From assembly GCA_964520905.1 (NCBI GenBank), contig CAZFQL010000007.1, positions 39,603 to 103,602 of the forward strand: a stretch of DNA of 64,000 bases, in the 5' to 3' direction. This document shows, piece by piece, positions 9,316 through 19,121 of the stretch; within the stretch, counting starts at the first letter, position 1, and every line of letters begins with the position of its first letter. Position numbers and translations under genes: made by a program. The notes beneath the pieces were generated by a model that was given only the letters and a program-made list of their open reading frames with translations, did no database searches and was not told the origin of the DNA. The stretch comes from an uncultured Chlorobiaceae bacterium (GTDB lineage: Bacteria > Bacteroidota > Ignavibacteria > UBA10030 > SZUA-254).

Positions 9316-10815
9316 ATGAATACTTACATGGTTCGTAAAACATTAGTAGTTCTTTTTGTTGTCGTATTGGTGGTTGCGCGAGCACTTAGCCAGTCGCCGC
9401 ACATACCTGATTGGGCGCTCGTCCATACGAGAACGATGGAAGGAATCGATTCACTCTACAACTTCAAGTTCACTACCGCCGAAGCGAAGTTCAATGATGT
9501 TATTCGCATGGCACCGCAGGACCCGCGAGGATATTTTTTCAAGGCAATGATTTCCTACTATCGGTTTGAGTTCATGAGCGTTGAAACCGATTACGATCGC
9601 TTCATAGAACTTTCGGATTCAGTAATAGAAGTAGCTGAAAACGTCATCGACAACGATGAGAAGAACTCTGCCGCTCTTTTCTACCTTGGCGGAATTTACG
9701 GATACAGAGGAATTGTCAAGTCGGAAAAAGATGAAATCCTCTCCGCGGTTTGGGATGGGAAGAAAGGATACGGCTACCTGTGTGATGCGCTCGAAATCGA
9801 TCCAAAGAATTACGATGCCATGATGGGAGTCGGATTGTTCAACTACTATCTATCCAAAATACCCAAGGCATTTCGATGGATTGCCACCGCTATCGGTTTC
9901 GATGCAGATCGTGAATTAGGATTGAGGATGCTCGAACGGACTGCACGGAAGGGGACATACGCCCGGAACGAAGCACGATGGTGGCTTTCTCAATTTTACC
10001 AGTGGGAGGGTGAGACAGAGAAAGGAGTGCAATATCTCAAAGAATTGAGTGAGAGTTATCCGAACAATCCGTTCTATGTTCAAAGGTATGGTTATGCTCT
10101 CCTATTTTCGTTGCGCAGAGTAGATGAAGCAATTCCTGTGTTCAAGAAGTCAGTTTCCATGACAAACTGGGAAGCTCAACGATACATCACGCAAGGGTAC
10201 CATCGGCTTGGGCATTGCTATCGATTCAAGAGCGAGTACAAGGAGGCGATTGAGGCGTACACAAAGTTCATAACATCGGTCACATTAGATACAGCACAAC
10301 AGCTCTATGCTCATTATTGCATTGGCTTGTGCTACGAAATGATGGGAGATCGAGATTCGGCACTCCCATACTATCAGAAGTCGCCAGCATATGCTTCAGA
10401 ACGTCTGAAACAACCAATGAATGAGTACGACATTGAGTTTGAGAAAATGTCGAACTGGTTTAGTGCTGGATACTATACGAAGGGATTCGATGCAGGATTT
10501 GCTTTGCTCGCACGGAAGGATCTCACGGACGACCAACAGGGCAACATTCTATGGGAGATTGCTTCCACCTATTTTGAACAAAAAGACTACACGCAAGCTT
10601 CGAACAAGTACATGCAGGCCACGGGTTTGACTATCAAGAATAAATCGTGGATGCCGCCGTTTGCCTACTACCGACTTGGATTGTGCAACCTCCGGAATGG
10701 GCAGGAAGATTTGGCGAAGAAGGCATTTGAGAAGGCACTTGAGTTCGAGAAGTACGATAACGAAGAGTACATTCGGGAAGTCGTTGAGGAAGAGTTGGAT
10801 AAGATCAATGACTGA
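9316..10815 (+). CDS. Secreted tetratricopeptide-repeat (TPR) protein embedded in the sensor-phosphatase operon
   Basis: ~500 aa with an N-terminal signal peptide (LVVLFVVVLVVARALSQS). Helical repeat content with many W/Y/L TPR-like pairs (e.g. GHCYRFKSEYKEAIEAYTKF). ATG at 9316; the ORF track uses TTG at 9313. It starts 10 nt after paralog 2's stop and ends 10 nt before paralog 3's ATG. Confidence 0.6.
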   Translation: MNTYMVRKTLVVLFVVVLVVARALSQSPHIPDWALVHTRTMEGIDSLYNFKFTTAEAKFNDVIRMAPQDPRGYFFKAMISYYRFEFMSVETDYDRFIELSDSVIEVAENVIDNDEKNSAALFYLGGIYGYRGIVKSEKDEILSAVWDGKKGYGYLCDALEIDPKNYDAMMGVGLFNYYLSKIPKAFRWIATAIGFDADRELGLRMLERTARKGTYARNEARWWLSQFYQWEGETEKGVQYLKELSESYPNNPFYVQRYGYALLFSLRRVDEAIPVFKKSVSMTNWEAQRYITQGYHRLGHCYRFKSEYKEAIEAYTKFITSVTLDTAQQLYAHYCIGLCYEMMGDRDSALPYYQKSPAYASERLKQPMNEYDIEFEKMSNWFSAGYYTKGFDAGFALLARKDLTDDQQGNILWEIASTYFEQKDYTQASNKYMQATGLTIKNKSWMPPFAYYRLGLCNLRNGQEDLAKKAFEKALEFEKYDNEEYIREVVEEELDKIND

Positions 10816-10825
10816 GGAACCGAAA

Positions 10826-13531
10826 ATGCCACCGTTAACACAAAACCCATCGCGCTGGACAATGGTGTTTCGGTACGCCAGTCTTACGTTGCTGATGATC
10901 TACCTCACCAGCATGATCGTTTTTGTGTTCTGGATTGGAGGATTCAGCATGGGCAGGACAGGAATGAGGTTGGATAAAGACACGGTCGGAGTCTATGGCG
11001 TGCGGCAGTTGGTTCGAGAAAAGGGTGGTTTCACTATCATCAAGATTGATTCCGCAGGTGTCGCAGCAAAAGCGGGCATGCGAGTCGGAGATAAAATCAC
11101 AGCCGTGAATGGAGTTGAATTAAAGGATGATCCAACTGTGTATGATCGGGCAATAGTGCACGGAGAGATGCTCGTACAGGTGGCCGGTAATAAGGGTGAG
11201 ATGGAAGTATACCTAAACCTCCCTGTGAACGTAGTAATAGGGATTCCCTTGCTCACCGCCCTTGTTTCCTTATTTTTCTTAAGCGGATTATTGATCGGCT
11301 GGTTACGGCCGGCGGATAAGACTGCGTTCAACTGTTCGATCTTTCTCCTTGCATTCGCTGCAGGGTTGTGTGATGATTTTATCAAGTACTTACCACAGTG
11401 GGCGTGGGCTATCGCTATGTTATATTCCATGATCACCGAGGCACTGGTACCTCCCATGGCTATGCGGCTGTTTTCTGTTTTTCCGAATCCCTCACGATTA
11501 GGCAGATTCCTATCGAAATGGCAATGGACCTTCTTCCTGATCGCGGGTTTCATTGCCATGGTCGACTACGGAGGTAGATTTGCAGAATTGTATGAGTGGC
11601 AGTTTATCAGCCAAAGTAGGGAACTGCTTGATAGTTTTTACGGATACCTGACAGTTGTCTTCATCGTTACTGTGTGCTCACTCGGCATTGCTCTCTATTT
11701 CGCCCAGCGGATTGAGACGCGGGGTCGACCACATTCGCGTATCAAGGTGATAGAGCTTGGCTTTCTTTCATCACTGACTGCGATTTTGGTTCCGGTAGTA
11801 ATATATGCCGTCATTTACCTCTTTCAAGTCTCGATAGAACTAGAAGGAGTGTGGATTATCATTCTTATACTCTTGTTCTTTATTGCCCTCTCTGGAATTC
11901 CGGTCTCATTCGCTTACGCTATACTCTCGAGCAAGATATTCGGCATCCGCTTCATCCTCCGTAAAGGTCTCCAATATCTTTTCCTATCCAAAGGTGCGTT
12001 AGTTATCGAAGGCATAATCTTCTTCTTAATTCTGTATCAGATTATCAGTCATGGTGGAACTGCATTGGCAAGCTCACCAATGCTTGTGAGCGGCATCTCG
12101 TTTGGACTGGGAATCTTAGGAGTATTTACACTAAACCGAGTCAACCGCAAGCTCATGCCCGTCATCGATCGCCGCTTCTTTCGTGAAGTGTTAGATGTGA
12201 GAAAATTACTATTGGATTTGAATCAACAATTATCAGCTATCCGAGAGCGAGAACAGATACTTCAGCAAACAGCTAATACGGTTCTCAGAGCACTTCATCC
12301 AGCAAGAGTTGTGATGTTCTTGAAACATGGGAAATCTGATGAGCTCAGATGTGAATTAACACTTGAGAATGAACGAGCGAAGCCAACAACGCACAGCCCA
12401 ACCCGTCATCCTGAACTTGTTTCAGGATCTGAACCAAGCTCAGCCCAGATGCTGAACCCAGTTCAGCATGACGCGGGAATTGGTGGGATGTTGAAAACCG
12501 ATGATGCCATCATCAATCAAATGGAAGAAAAGAAAGGTTGGGTAATCGTTAACAGAGAAACACTTGATCTTGAAAAGGATGAAGATCAGCGATTATCAGC
12601 GGTCAATTGTGAATTGTTAATTGCCATTCGTGGAAGTTCAGGGCTTGTTGGTATTATGGGACTTGGCGGGAAACTCTCAGAAGAGCCATACAGCAAAGAA
12701 GATCGAGATTTACTAACGACAGTTGCCCGACAAATGGGACTTTCGCTGGAGAATGCAGAACTGTTGGAGGTTGCTAAGCGAGAAGCCGAGCAATCACGAG
12801 ACCTGGAGATTGCGAGATCAGTTCAACAAAACCTTTTTCCAAAACAACTGCCGGTTGTTGCGGGCTGGGAGTTTGCCGGCATCTGCAAACCAGCAAAAGC
12901 AGTCGGTGGAGATTACTACGATATCTTCGAAGCAGTGCGTGGGAAAGTAGTTGTAGCATTAGGCGATGTATCAGGTAAAGGACTCGGGGCTTCGTTTGTC
13001 ATGTCTGGAGTTCATAGCACGATTCGAACAAACGCAGAAAAATCAATCGATAATCCCGTTGTGCTAATCAATGAGTTGAATAAATATCTTCTAGGTTCAA
13101 CATCGAAGAACATTTTCGTCACTTTATTTTTGGGAATCATTGATCTTGAAACCGGCTTGATGAAATATGTCAATTGTGGACATCCACCTGCGTTTGTTGT
13201 TCGGAAAGAGAATGGTGAATTTGAAAAGCTCACCCGCACCGGACTTGCACTTGGTATGATGAACACCGTCCAGTTTACTCAAGGTTCATCAACATTGAAA
13301 GTAGGTGATTCTCTCATCGTCTACAGCGATGGCATCACCGAAGCGATGAATGAGAAAGAGGAAATGTACGAAGAGGAACGATTAACTCAGCTGCTCACTA
13401 CAACTCTTGGATTGGATACCTCACACATGATGGAAGCGATACTGAAATCAGTGAGTGAATTTATTGGACAAGCGGAACAGTCGGATGATGTGTCAATGAT
13501 TTTAGCGCGGAGAACAGAGGAGATATCATGA
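10826..13531 (+). CDS. Membrane sensor phosphatase, paralog 3 (PDZ–polytopic TM–GAF–PP2C)
   Basis: Start reassigned to ATG 10826 (MPPLTQNPSRWTMVFRY...), which aligns with the N-termini of paralogs 2 and 5. The track ORF from 10661 overlaps the TPR gene with a low-complexity extension. PDZ motif VAAKAGMRVGDKITAVNG. GAF/PP2C C-terminus conserved. Confidence 0.75.
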   Translation: MPPLTQNPSRWTMVFRYASLTLLMIYLTSMIVFVFWIGGFSMGRTGMRLDKDTVGVYGVRQLVREKGGFTIIKIDSAGVAAKAGMRVGDKITAVNGVELKDDPTVYDRAIVHGEMLVQVAGNKGEMEVYLNLPVNVVIGIPLLTALVSLFFLSGLLIGWLRPADKTAFNCSIFLLAFAAGLCDDFIKYLPQWAWAIAMLYSMITEALVPPMAMRLFSVFPNPSRLGRFLSKWQWTFFLIAGFIAMVDYGGRFAELYEWQFISQSRELLDSFYGYLTVVFIVTVCSLGIALYFAQRIETRGRPHSRIKVIELGFLSSLTAILVPVVIYAVIYLFQVSIELEGVWIIILILLFFIALSGIPVSFAYAILSSKIFGIRFILRKGLQYLFLSKGALVIEGIIFFLILYQIISHGGTALASSPMLVSGISFGLGILGVFTLNRVNRKLMPVIDRRFFREVLDVRKLLLDLNQQLSAIREREQILQQTANTVLRALHPARVVMFLKHGKSDELRCELTLENERAKPTTHSPTRHPELVSGSEPSSAQMLNPVQHDAGIGGMLKTDDAIINQMEEKKGWVIVNRETLDLEKDEDQRLSAVNCELLIAIRGSSGLVGIMGLGGKLSEEPYSKEDRDLLTTVARQMGLSLENAELLEVAKREAEQSRDLEIARSVQQNLFPKQLPVVAGWEFAGICKPAKAVGGDYYDIFEAVRGKVVVALGDVSGKGLGASFVMSGVHSTIRTNAEKSIDNPVVLINELNKYLLGSTSKNIFVTLFLGIIDLETGLMKYVNCGHPPAFVVRKENGEFEKLTRTGLALGMMNTVQFTQGSSTLKVGDSLIVYSDGITEAMNEKEEMYEEERLTQLLTTTLGLDTSHMMEAILKSVSEFIGQAEQSDDVSMILARRTEEIS

Positions 13532-16410
13532 ATTCTTCAATAGATACCATATCGAAACGAACACTTGTATTTCGTTGCTCATTAGTTGCATTGCTAACGG
13601 TAATTCTTACCTTCATTGTTATTCATTGGATTTGGTCACTCGATGCTTTCCCTAAGTTCTTAAGTAATCAGAGTGCGTTAGGTTTAAATTACATCCGAAG
13701 TCCTGGTGATACTTCAATGCTGTTTGGGAACATTTATGAGATTAATTCAATACGGAAAAATGGTGGTTTGACCGTTGCTTCTGATATTGATTCATCCGTT
13801 CTAGCTTTTCAGTGGGGAATTAGACCGGGTGACAAGATTACCGCAATTAATGGAATATCGCTTCAAGAAAATCCAAAAGTATTTTATCGCGCATTCTCTA
13901 AAAAAGCCAAGGGCCAAAAATTAGAAATTAAATTCATCCGCGATGGTATCGTCTCACAAATCGAGAGTTCTTTTGCAATTCCTGATTCTTTAATGAAGTG
14001 GGGTGGACAGGGGTCATGGGCATTTTCAGTTGGAAATGTCAAAGGTGTCTATACATTCGATACGTTCAGATTAGTTGCTGATACTCCCTACCTTTTTCTC
14101 TCTATTCTCCTATTGCTCGTTGGTTGTATTATTGGTTTGTTGAAACCGAGTAATTCGGTCGCATTTCAAATCTCCATTCTTTTTCTCCTCTTAGGATGTA
14201 TGGCGAATAGTATGCAATTTGATTGGTTCCGCCTTAGTGCAATTTTGCCTGCCTGGTTATTGATAACTACATTTGCTGCTTTCGCGCTTGCTCATGGAAT
14301 CGGTATACCTCTGTTATTGCGTGTTCTCTCAGTGTTTCCAAATCCGACAAGACTGGGAAGATTATTTCTCCGATTTCAGTGGATAGCCTTCATCTTTTTT
14401 CTTACTCCCGCAATTATCGAATTCTCACCAAAATTAGTTAACCTGCTCGGATTGGACATAAATTTGTTCGATTCAATCTTCATAGAGTGGGTACACAAAT
14501 TCGATAATTGGCTCTTGTTATTTGCCTTAATTGTAGGTTTGGCGTTACTCATCTCTCAACATATTGAAACGCGGCATAGACATGAATACCGGCTTAAAAT
14601 TATAGAATTCTCTTTTCTTATTGGTTTGCTTGGCGTTGTCTTATATTATGTTGCCCTTTATGTATTTAGTAGAGCCAACATAAGTCTGTCCCAAAATATG
14701 GCAAACATCATTGTTGTATTATGGAATTTCACGCCCACACTCGCTGTTGGTACTATACCGCTCGCTGTAACGTACACCATAATAACCCGTAAGATATTTG
14801 ACATTAAGTTCATCATCCGCAAAGGTCTGCAATACCTGCTTTTATCCAAAGGAGCGTTGGTCATAGAAGGCATCATCGTCTTCCTGGTCGTTTTTCAAGT
14901 CATCACGCACGGAGGAGAGAACATCGCAGGTTCACCATTTGCTGTGAGTAGTTTGTCAGTAGGAAGTACATTAGCGGTCATCTTTGTTCTTGGGAAAGTC
15001 AATCGCAAAGTCATGCCCGCCATTGATCGGCGTTTCTTCCGTGAAGTGTTGGATGTGAGAAAATTACTTTTGGATTTGAATCAACAAATATCAGCTATCC
15101 GAGAGCAGGAGGAGATACTTCAGCAAACAGCTAATACCATTCTTAGGACACTCCATCCGGCAAGAGTTGTGATGTTCTTGAAACATGGGAAGTCTGATGA
15201 GTTCAGATGTGAATTGACACTTGAAAATGAACGAGCGAAGCCAACCCAACCACGTCATGCTGAACTCGTTTCAGCATCCATACCAAGCAACGTTCAGATC
15301 CCGAACCACCTGCCCGCCGCTTCGCTTATGCAGGCGGGAGTTCGGAATGACGGCTTAGTGAGTGGGATGCTCAAGACTGATGATACCATTATCAAACAGT
15401 TGGAAGAAAAAAAAGGCTGGGTAATCGTCTATCCAGAAACACTTGATCTTGAAAAGGATGAGGATCAGCGATTATCAGCGGTCAATTGTGAATTGTTGAT
15501 TGGCTTGCGTGGAAGCTCGGGACTGATAGGAGTAATGGGCCTCGGAGATAAACTCTCGGAAGAACCATACAGCAAAGAAGATCGAGAGCTTTTGCTTACC
15601 GTTGCCCATGAGATGGGGATGGCACTTGAAAATGCGGAGTTGCTCGAAGTCGCGAAACGAGAAGCAGAATTTTCAAAAGAACTGGATATCGCTCGACAAG
15701 TTCAGCAGAATCTCTTTCCAAAGCAATTGCCAACGCCATCGGGGTGGGAGTTTGCCGGCATCTGTAAACCAGCCAAAGCAGTCGGTGGAGATTATTACGA
15801 CATCTTCGAGGCGGTACCGGGGAAAGTGGTTATTGCATTGGGTGATGTATCGGGTAAAGGACTTGGGGCCTCGTTTGTTATGTCGGGTGTTCACAGCACG
15901 ATTCGAACAAACGCAGAAAAGTCAATCGACAATCCCGTCGGGCTAATCAATGAGTTGAATAAATATCTGCTCGAATCGACATCGAAGAACATATTTGTTA
16001 CTTTGTTTTTTGGAATCATCGATCTTGAAACAGGAAAACTCTGCTACGTTAATTGCGGGCATCCACCAGTGTTAGTTGTTCGGAAAGTGAATGGTGAAAT
16101 AGAGAAGCTCACACGCACCGGACTTGCACTCGGTATGATGAACACCGTTCAGTTTACTCAAGGGACATCGACATTGAAAGCAGGTGATTCGCTCATTGTT
16201 TACAGCGATGGCATAACCGAAGCGATGAATGAAAAGAATGAGGAGTATGAGGAAGAAAAATTGATTAAATTGCTCAATGAAGGAATAGGATTAGATACTT
16301 CTCAAATGATGGAAGAAATACTGAAATCGGTAAGTGATTTTATCGGGCAAGCGGAGCAGTCGGATGATGTGTCGATCATTTTAACACGAAGGAAATTGGA
16401 GACAGGATGA
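13528..16410 (+). CDS. Membrane sensor phosphatase, paralog 4 (PDZ–polytopic TM–GAF–PP2C)
   Basis: 960 aa. ATGA start/stop overlap with paralog 3. Divergent N-terminal periplasmic/TM region (PDZ-like GIRPGDKITAINGISL). Conserved C-terminal GAF+PP2C. Confidence 0.8.
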   Translation: MNSSIDTISKRTLVFRCSLVALLTVILTFIVIHWIWSLDAFPKFLSNQSALGLNYIRSPGDTSMLFGNIYEINSIRKNGGLTVASDIDSSVLAFQWGIRPGDKITAINGISLQENPKVFYRAFSKKAKGQKLEIKFIRDGIVSQIESSFAIPDSLMKWGGQGSWAFSVGNVKGVYTFDTFRLVADTPYLFLSILLLLVGCIIGLLKPSNSVAFQISILFLLLGCMANSMQFDWFRLSAILPAWLLITTFAAFALAHGIGIPLLLRVLSVFPNPTRLGRLFLRFQWIAFIFFLTPAIIEFSPKLVNLLGLDINLFDSIFIEWVHKFDNWLLLFALIVGLALLISQHIETRHRHEYRLKIIEFSFLIGLLGVVLYYVALYVFSRANISLSQNMANIIVVLWNFTPTLAVGTIPLAVTYTIITRKIFDIKFIIRKGLQYLLLSKGALVIEGIIVFLVVFQVITHGGENIAGSPFAVSSLSVGSTLAVIFVLGKVNRKVMPAIDRRFFREVLDVRKLLLDLNQQISAIREQEEILQQTANTILRTLHPARVVMFLKHGKSDEFRCELTLENERAKPTQPRHAELVSASIPSNVQIPNHLPAASLMQAGVRNDGLVSGMLKTDDTIIKQLEEKKGWVIVYPETLDLEKDEDQRLSAVNCELLIGLRGSSGLIGVMGLGDKLSEEPYSKEDRELLLTVAHEMGMALENAELLEVAKREAEFSKELDIARQVQQNLFPKQLPTPSGWEFAGICKPAKAVGGDYYDIFEAVPGKVVIALGDVSGKGLGASFVMSGVHSTIRTNAEKSIDNPVGLINELNKYLLESTSKNIFVTLFFGIIDLETGKLCYVNCGHPPVLVVRKVNGEIEKLTRTGLALGMMNTVQFTQGTSTLKAGDSLIVYSDGITEAMNEKNEEYEEEKLIKLLNEGIGLDTSQMMEEILKSVSDFIGQAEQSDDVSIILTRRKLETG

Positions 16411-19121
16411 TACCATCGAAAGACACCCCATCACCCCGTACAATGGCGTTTCGTTACGCCAGTCTTACGTTGCTGACGATCTACCTCACCAGTATGATCG
16501 TTTTCGTAATCTGGATTGGAGGAGTCACTACTGGGTCTCCGGGGATGAGGTTGGATAAAGACACGGTCGGAGTCTATGGCGTGCGGAAGTTGATTCGAGA
16601 AAACGGTGGTTTCACTATCATCAAGGTTGATTCAGCAAGAGTCGCAGCGAAAGCCGGGCTTAGAGTCGGTGACAAGATCGTAGCCGTGGATAGTGTGGAG
16701 ATCAAGGAAGATCCAAGAATATACGATCTGGTATTGGCGCGGGCTAAGATGCAAGTGCGAGTGGAAAGGAGTGGACACACTGAGGAAGTTGCTCTGGTCA
16801 TGGAGGATAATTATTTGGAAATCGGAGTTTTCCTCCTGCCTGTTTTCTTCATTGTTGGGGCATTGATTGGCTGGCTCCGACTGGGCAATTCAGCTGCATT
16901 CGAATGTGCGATCTTTTTCCAATGCATCGCCGCCGCGTCGTGCGATGTATGTTTTCAATATTTACCCGATTGGGGATTAGTCATCGGAACGATTTATTCC
17001 ATGACAAGCAAAGCTCTGTGGTTGCCTATGGGTGTGAGAGTATTCTCCGTCTTTCCGAATCCTTCACGGTTCGGTAGGTTTTTGTGGAAATGGCAATGGA
17101 TCTTCTTTCTTGTCCCCGGTCTGCTTGCGCTGATTAATTATACTGATAACTTCGCCCGCCTGTTCGGATGGCAGGCAGTCATCCAGATTATTGACCCGCT
17201 GAACAGATTTGCCGGAAACGGATACGTCATCTTTGTGGGTGTTGTTTGTGTGCTCGGAATCGCTTTGTTCGTTTCACAGCGTAAAGAGACACGCGACAGT
17301 CCGCAAACAAGGATAAAAGTGATCGAGTTCGGGTTTCTTACATCCGCGATAGCATTTGGCATGTGCCTCGTTGGAATTGCAATCTTTCTTATCTCTGGTT
17401 TGTCGACCCCTATTAGTGATGACAGTGGAGTCATTGTGAAGGTTATGTTTCTCACCATGATGCTCGGCTTAATTGTTGGGCTCTTTGCTATTCCGTTCTC
17501 CTTTGCATACGCTCTACTTGCGAGTAAGATATTCGGCATTAAGTTCATCGTTCGGAAAGGTCTGCAATATCTCTTCTTATCCAAAGGTGCGTTAGTCATA
17601 GAAGGTATTATTCTCTTTTTAATTCTGTATCAAATTATCAGTCATGGTGGAACTACATGGGCAAGCTCACCAATGCTCGTAAGCGGATTATCGTTTGGAC
17701 TTGGAATCTTAGGAGTATTTACACTAAACCGAGTCAACCGTAAACTCATGCCTGCCATCGACCGACGGTTCTTCCGCGAAGCGTTGGACGTGAGAAAGTT
17801 GTTAATGGATTTGAACGAACAATTATCTGAGTTACGGGAACGAGAAAAGATACTTCAGTTGACTGCTTCGACTGTTCTCAAAGCACTCCATCCAGCCAGA
17901 GTGATGATGCTATTGAAACATGGAAAGTCTGATGAATTCAGATGTGAATTAACAATTGAAGATAAGCGAGTGAAACTTACTCAACCAGAGCAATCCAGTC
18001 CTACCCGTCATGCTGAACTCGTTTCAGCATCTATACAAAGCAACGTTCAGATCCCGAACCGAGTTCGGGATGACGCTGGGGGCGGGTTTGTATTGAAAGC
18101 TGAGGATTCCATCATCAAACAGTTGGAAGAAAAGAAGGGTTGGGCAATCGTCTATCCCGAAAAACTCAACCCCGAAGTTGAAGGAGACAAACGATTACTC
18201 GATCTTGACTGCGAACTTTTCATCGCAATTCAAGGAAGCGCAGGACTCGTTGGTATCATGGCACTTGGCGGAAAACTCTCAGAAGAGCCATTCAGCAAAG
18301 AAGATCGAGATTTACTAACGACAGTTACCCGACAAATGGGACTTTCGCTGGAGAATGCAGAACTGTTGGAGGTTGCTAAGCGAGAAGCCGAGCAATCACG
18401 AGACCTGGAGATTGCGAGATCAGTACAACAAAACCTCTTTCCAAAACAACTGCCGGTTGTTGCGGGCTGGGAGTTTGCCGGCATCTGTAATCCAGCAAAA
18501 GCTGTTGGCGGTGATTACTACGATATCTTCGAGGCAGTCCCCGGAAAAGTAGTTGTAGCGTTAGGGGATGTGTCGGGTAAAGGACTTGGTGCTTCGTTTG
18601 TAATGTCGGGTGTGCATGGCTCTATCCGCACTCGTGTTACTTCATGTATTAATGAACCTTTAAAATTAATCGAAGAGCTTAATGCTTACCTTTTATCATC
18701 AACAGCTAAAAATATCTTTGTCACTCTTTTCTTCGGTATCATAGACCTTGAAACAGGAAAACTCAGCTACGTTAATTGTGGGCATCCACCTGCAATTGTG
18801 ATTCGACAAGAAGGGAATCAACAAGAACGGCTTACGCGAAACGGACCCGGACTTAGCATGATTGCCGGCGCTCGTTTCACTCAAGGAGGATGCCTATTAC
18901 AGAATGGCGATACAATTGTAATTTACAGTGATGGTGTAACTGAAGCAAAGAATAACCAGGAGGAAATGTATGAGGAAGAACGATTATCCGAATTATTGAA
19001 CAATGCATCGGGATTAGAAGCCACGGCAATTATGGACAAAATACTGAAGTCAGTTGATAGATTTGCTTTAGGAGCTGAACAAGCGGATGATATCTCGGTG
19101 ATTGTGGTAAGGAGATGCTGA
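16407..19121 (+). CDS. Membrane sensor phosphatase, paralog 5 (PDZ–polytopic TM–GAF–PP2C)
   Basis: 904 aa. ATGA overlap with paralog 4. The N-terminus resembles paralog 3 (RTMAFRYASLTLLTIYLTSMIVFV). The PP2C domain is the most divergent of the five (GIRTRVTSCINEPL...AIVIRQEGNQQERLTRNGPGLSMIAG). Confidence 0.8.
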   Translation: MIPSKDTPSPRTMAFRYASLTLLTIYLTSMIVFVIWIGGVTTGSPGMRLDKDTVGVYGVRKLIRENGGFTIIKVDSARVAAKAGLRVGDKIVAVDSVEIKEDPRIYDLVLARAKMQVRVERSGHTEEVALVMEDNYLEIGVFLLPVFFIVGALIGWLRLGNSAAFECAIFFQCIAAASCDVCFQYLPDWGLVIGTIYSMTSKALWLPMGVRVFSVFPNPSRFGRFLWKWQWIFFLVPGLLALINYTDNFARLFGWQAVIQIIDPLNRFAGNGYVIFVGVVCVLGIALFVSQRKETRDSPQTRIKVIEFGFLTSAIAFGMCLVGIAIFLISGLSTPISDDSGVIVKVMFLTMMLGLIVGLFAIPFSFAYALLASKIFGIKFIVRKGLQYLFLSKGALVIEGIILFLILYQIISHGGTTWASSPMLVSGLSFGLGILGVFTLNRVNRKLMPAIDRRFFREALDVRKLLMDLNEQLSELREREKILQLTASTVLKALHPARVMMLLKHGKSDEFRCELTIEDKRVKLTQPEQSSPTRHAELVSASIQSNVQIPNRVRDDAGGGFVLKAEDSIIKQLEEKKGWAIVYPEKLNPEVEGDKRLLDLDCELFIAIQGSAGLVGIMALGGKLSEEPFSKEDRDLLTTVTRQMGLSLENAELLEVAKREAEQSRDLEIARSVQQNLFPKQLPVVAGWEFAGICNPAKAVGGDYYDIFEAVPGKVVVALGDVSGKGLGASFVMSGVHGSIRTRVTSCINEPLKLIEELNAYLLSSTAKNIFVTLFFGIIDLETGKLSYVNCGHPPAIVIRQEGNQQERLTRNGPGLSMIAGARFTQGGCLLQNGDTIVIYSDGVTEAKNNQEEMYEEERLSELLNNASGLEATAIMDKILKSVDRFALGAEQADDISVIVVRRC

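Noticed and set aside
10661-10825. N-terminal extension of paralog 3 from the track start at 10661 (MPTTDLDCATSGMGRKIWRRRHLRR...).
   Set aside because: It overlaps the 3' end of the TPR gene in another frame and is low-complexity and Arg-rich. The ATG at 10826 yields an N-terminus (MPPLTQNPSRWTMVFRY) that aligns with paralogs 2 and 5, so the shorter model is preferred.
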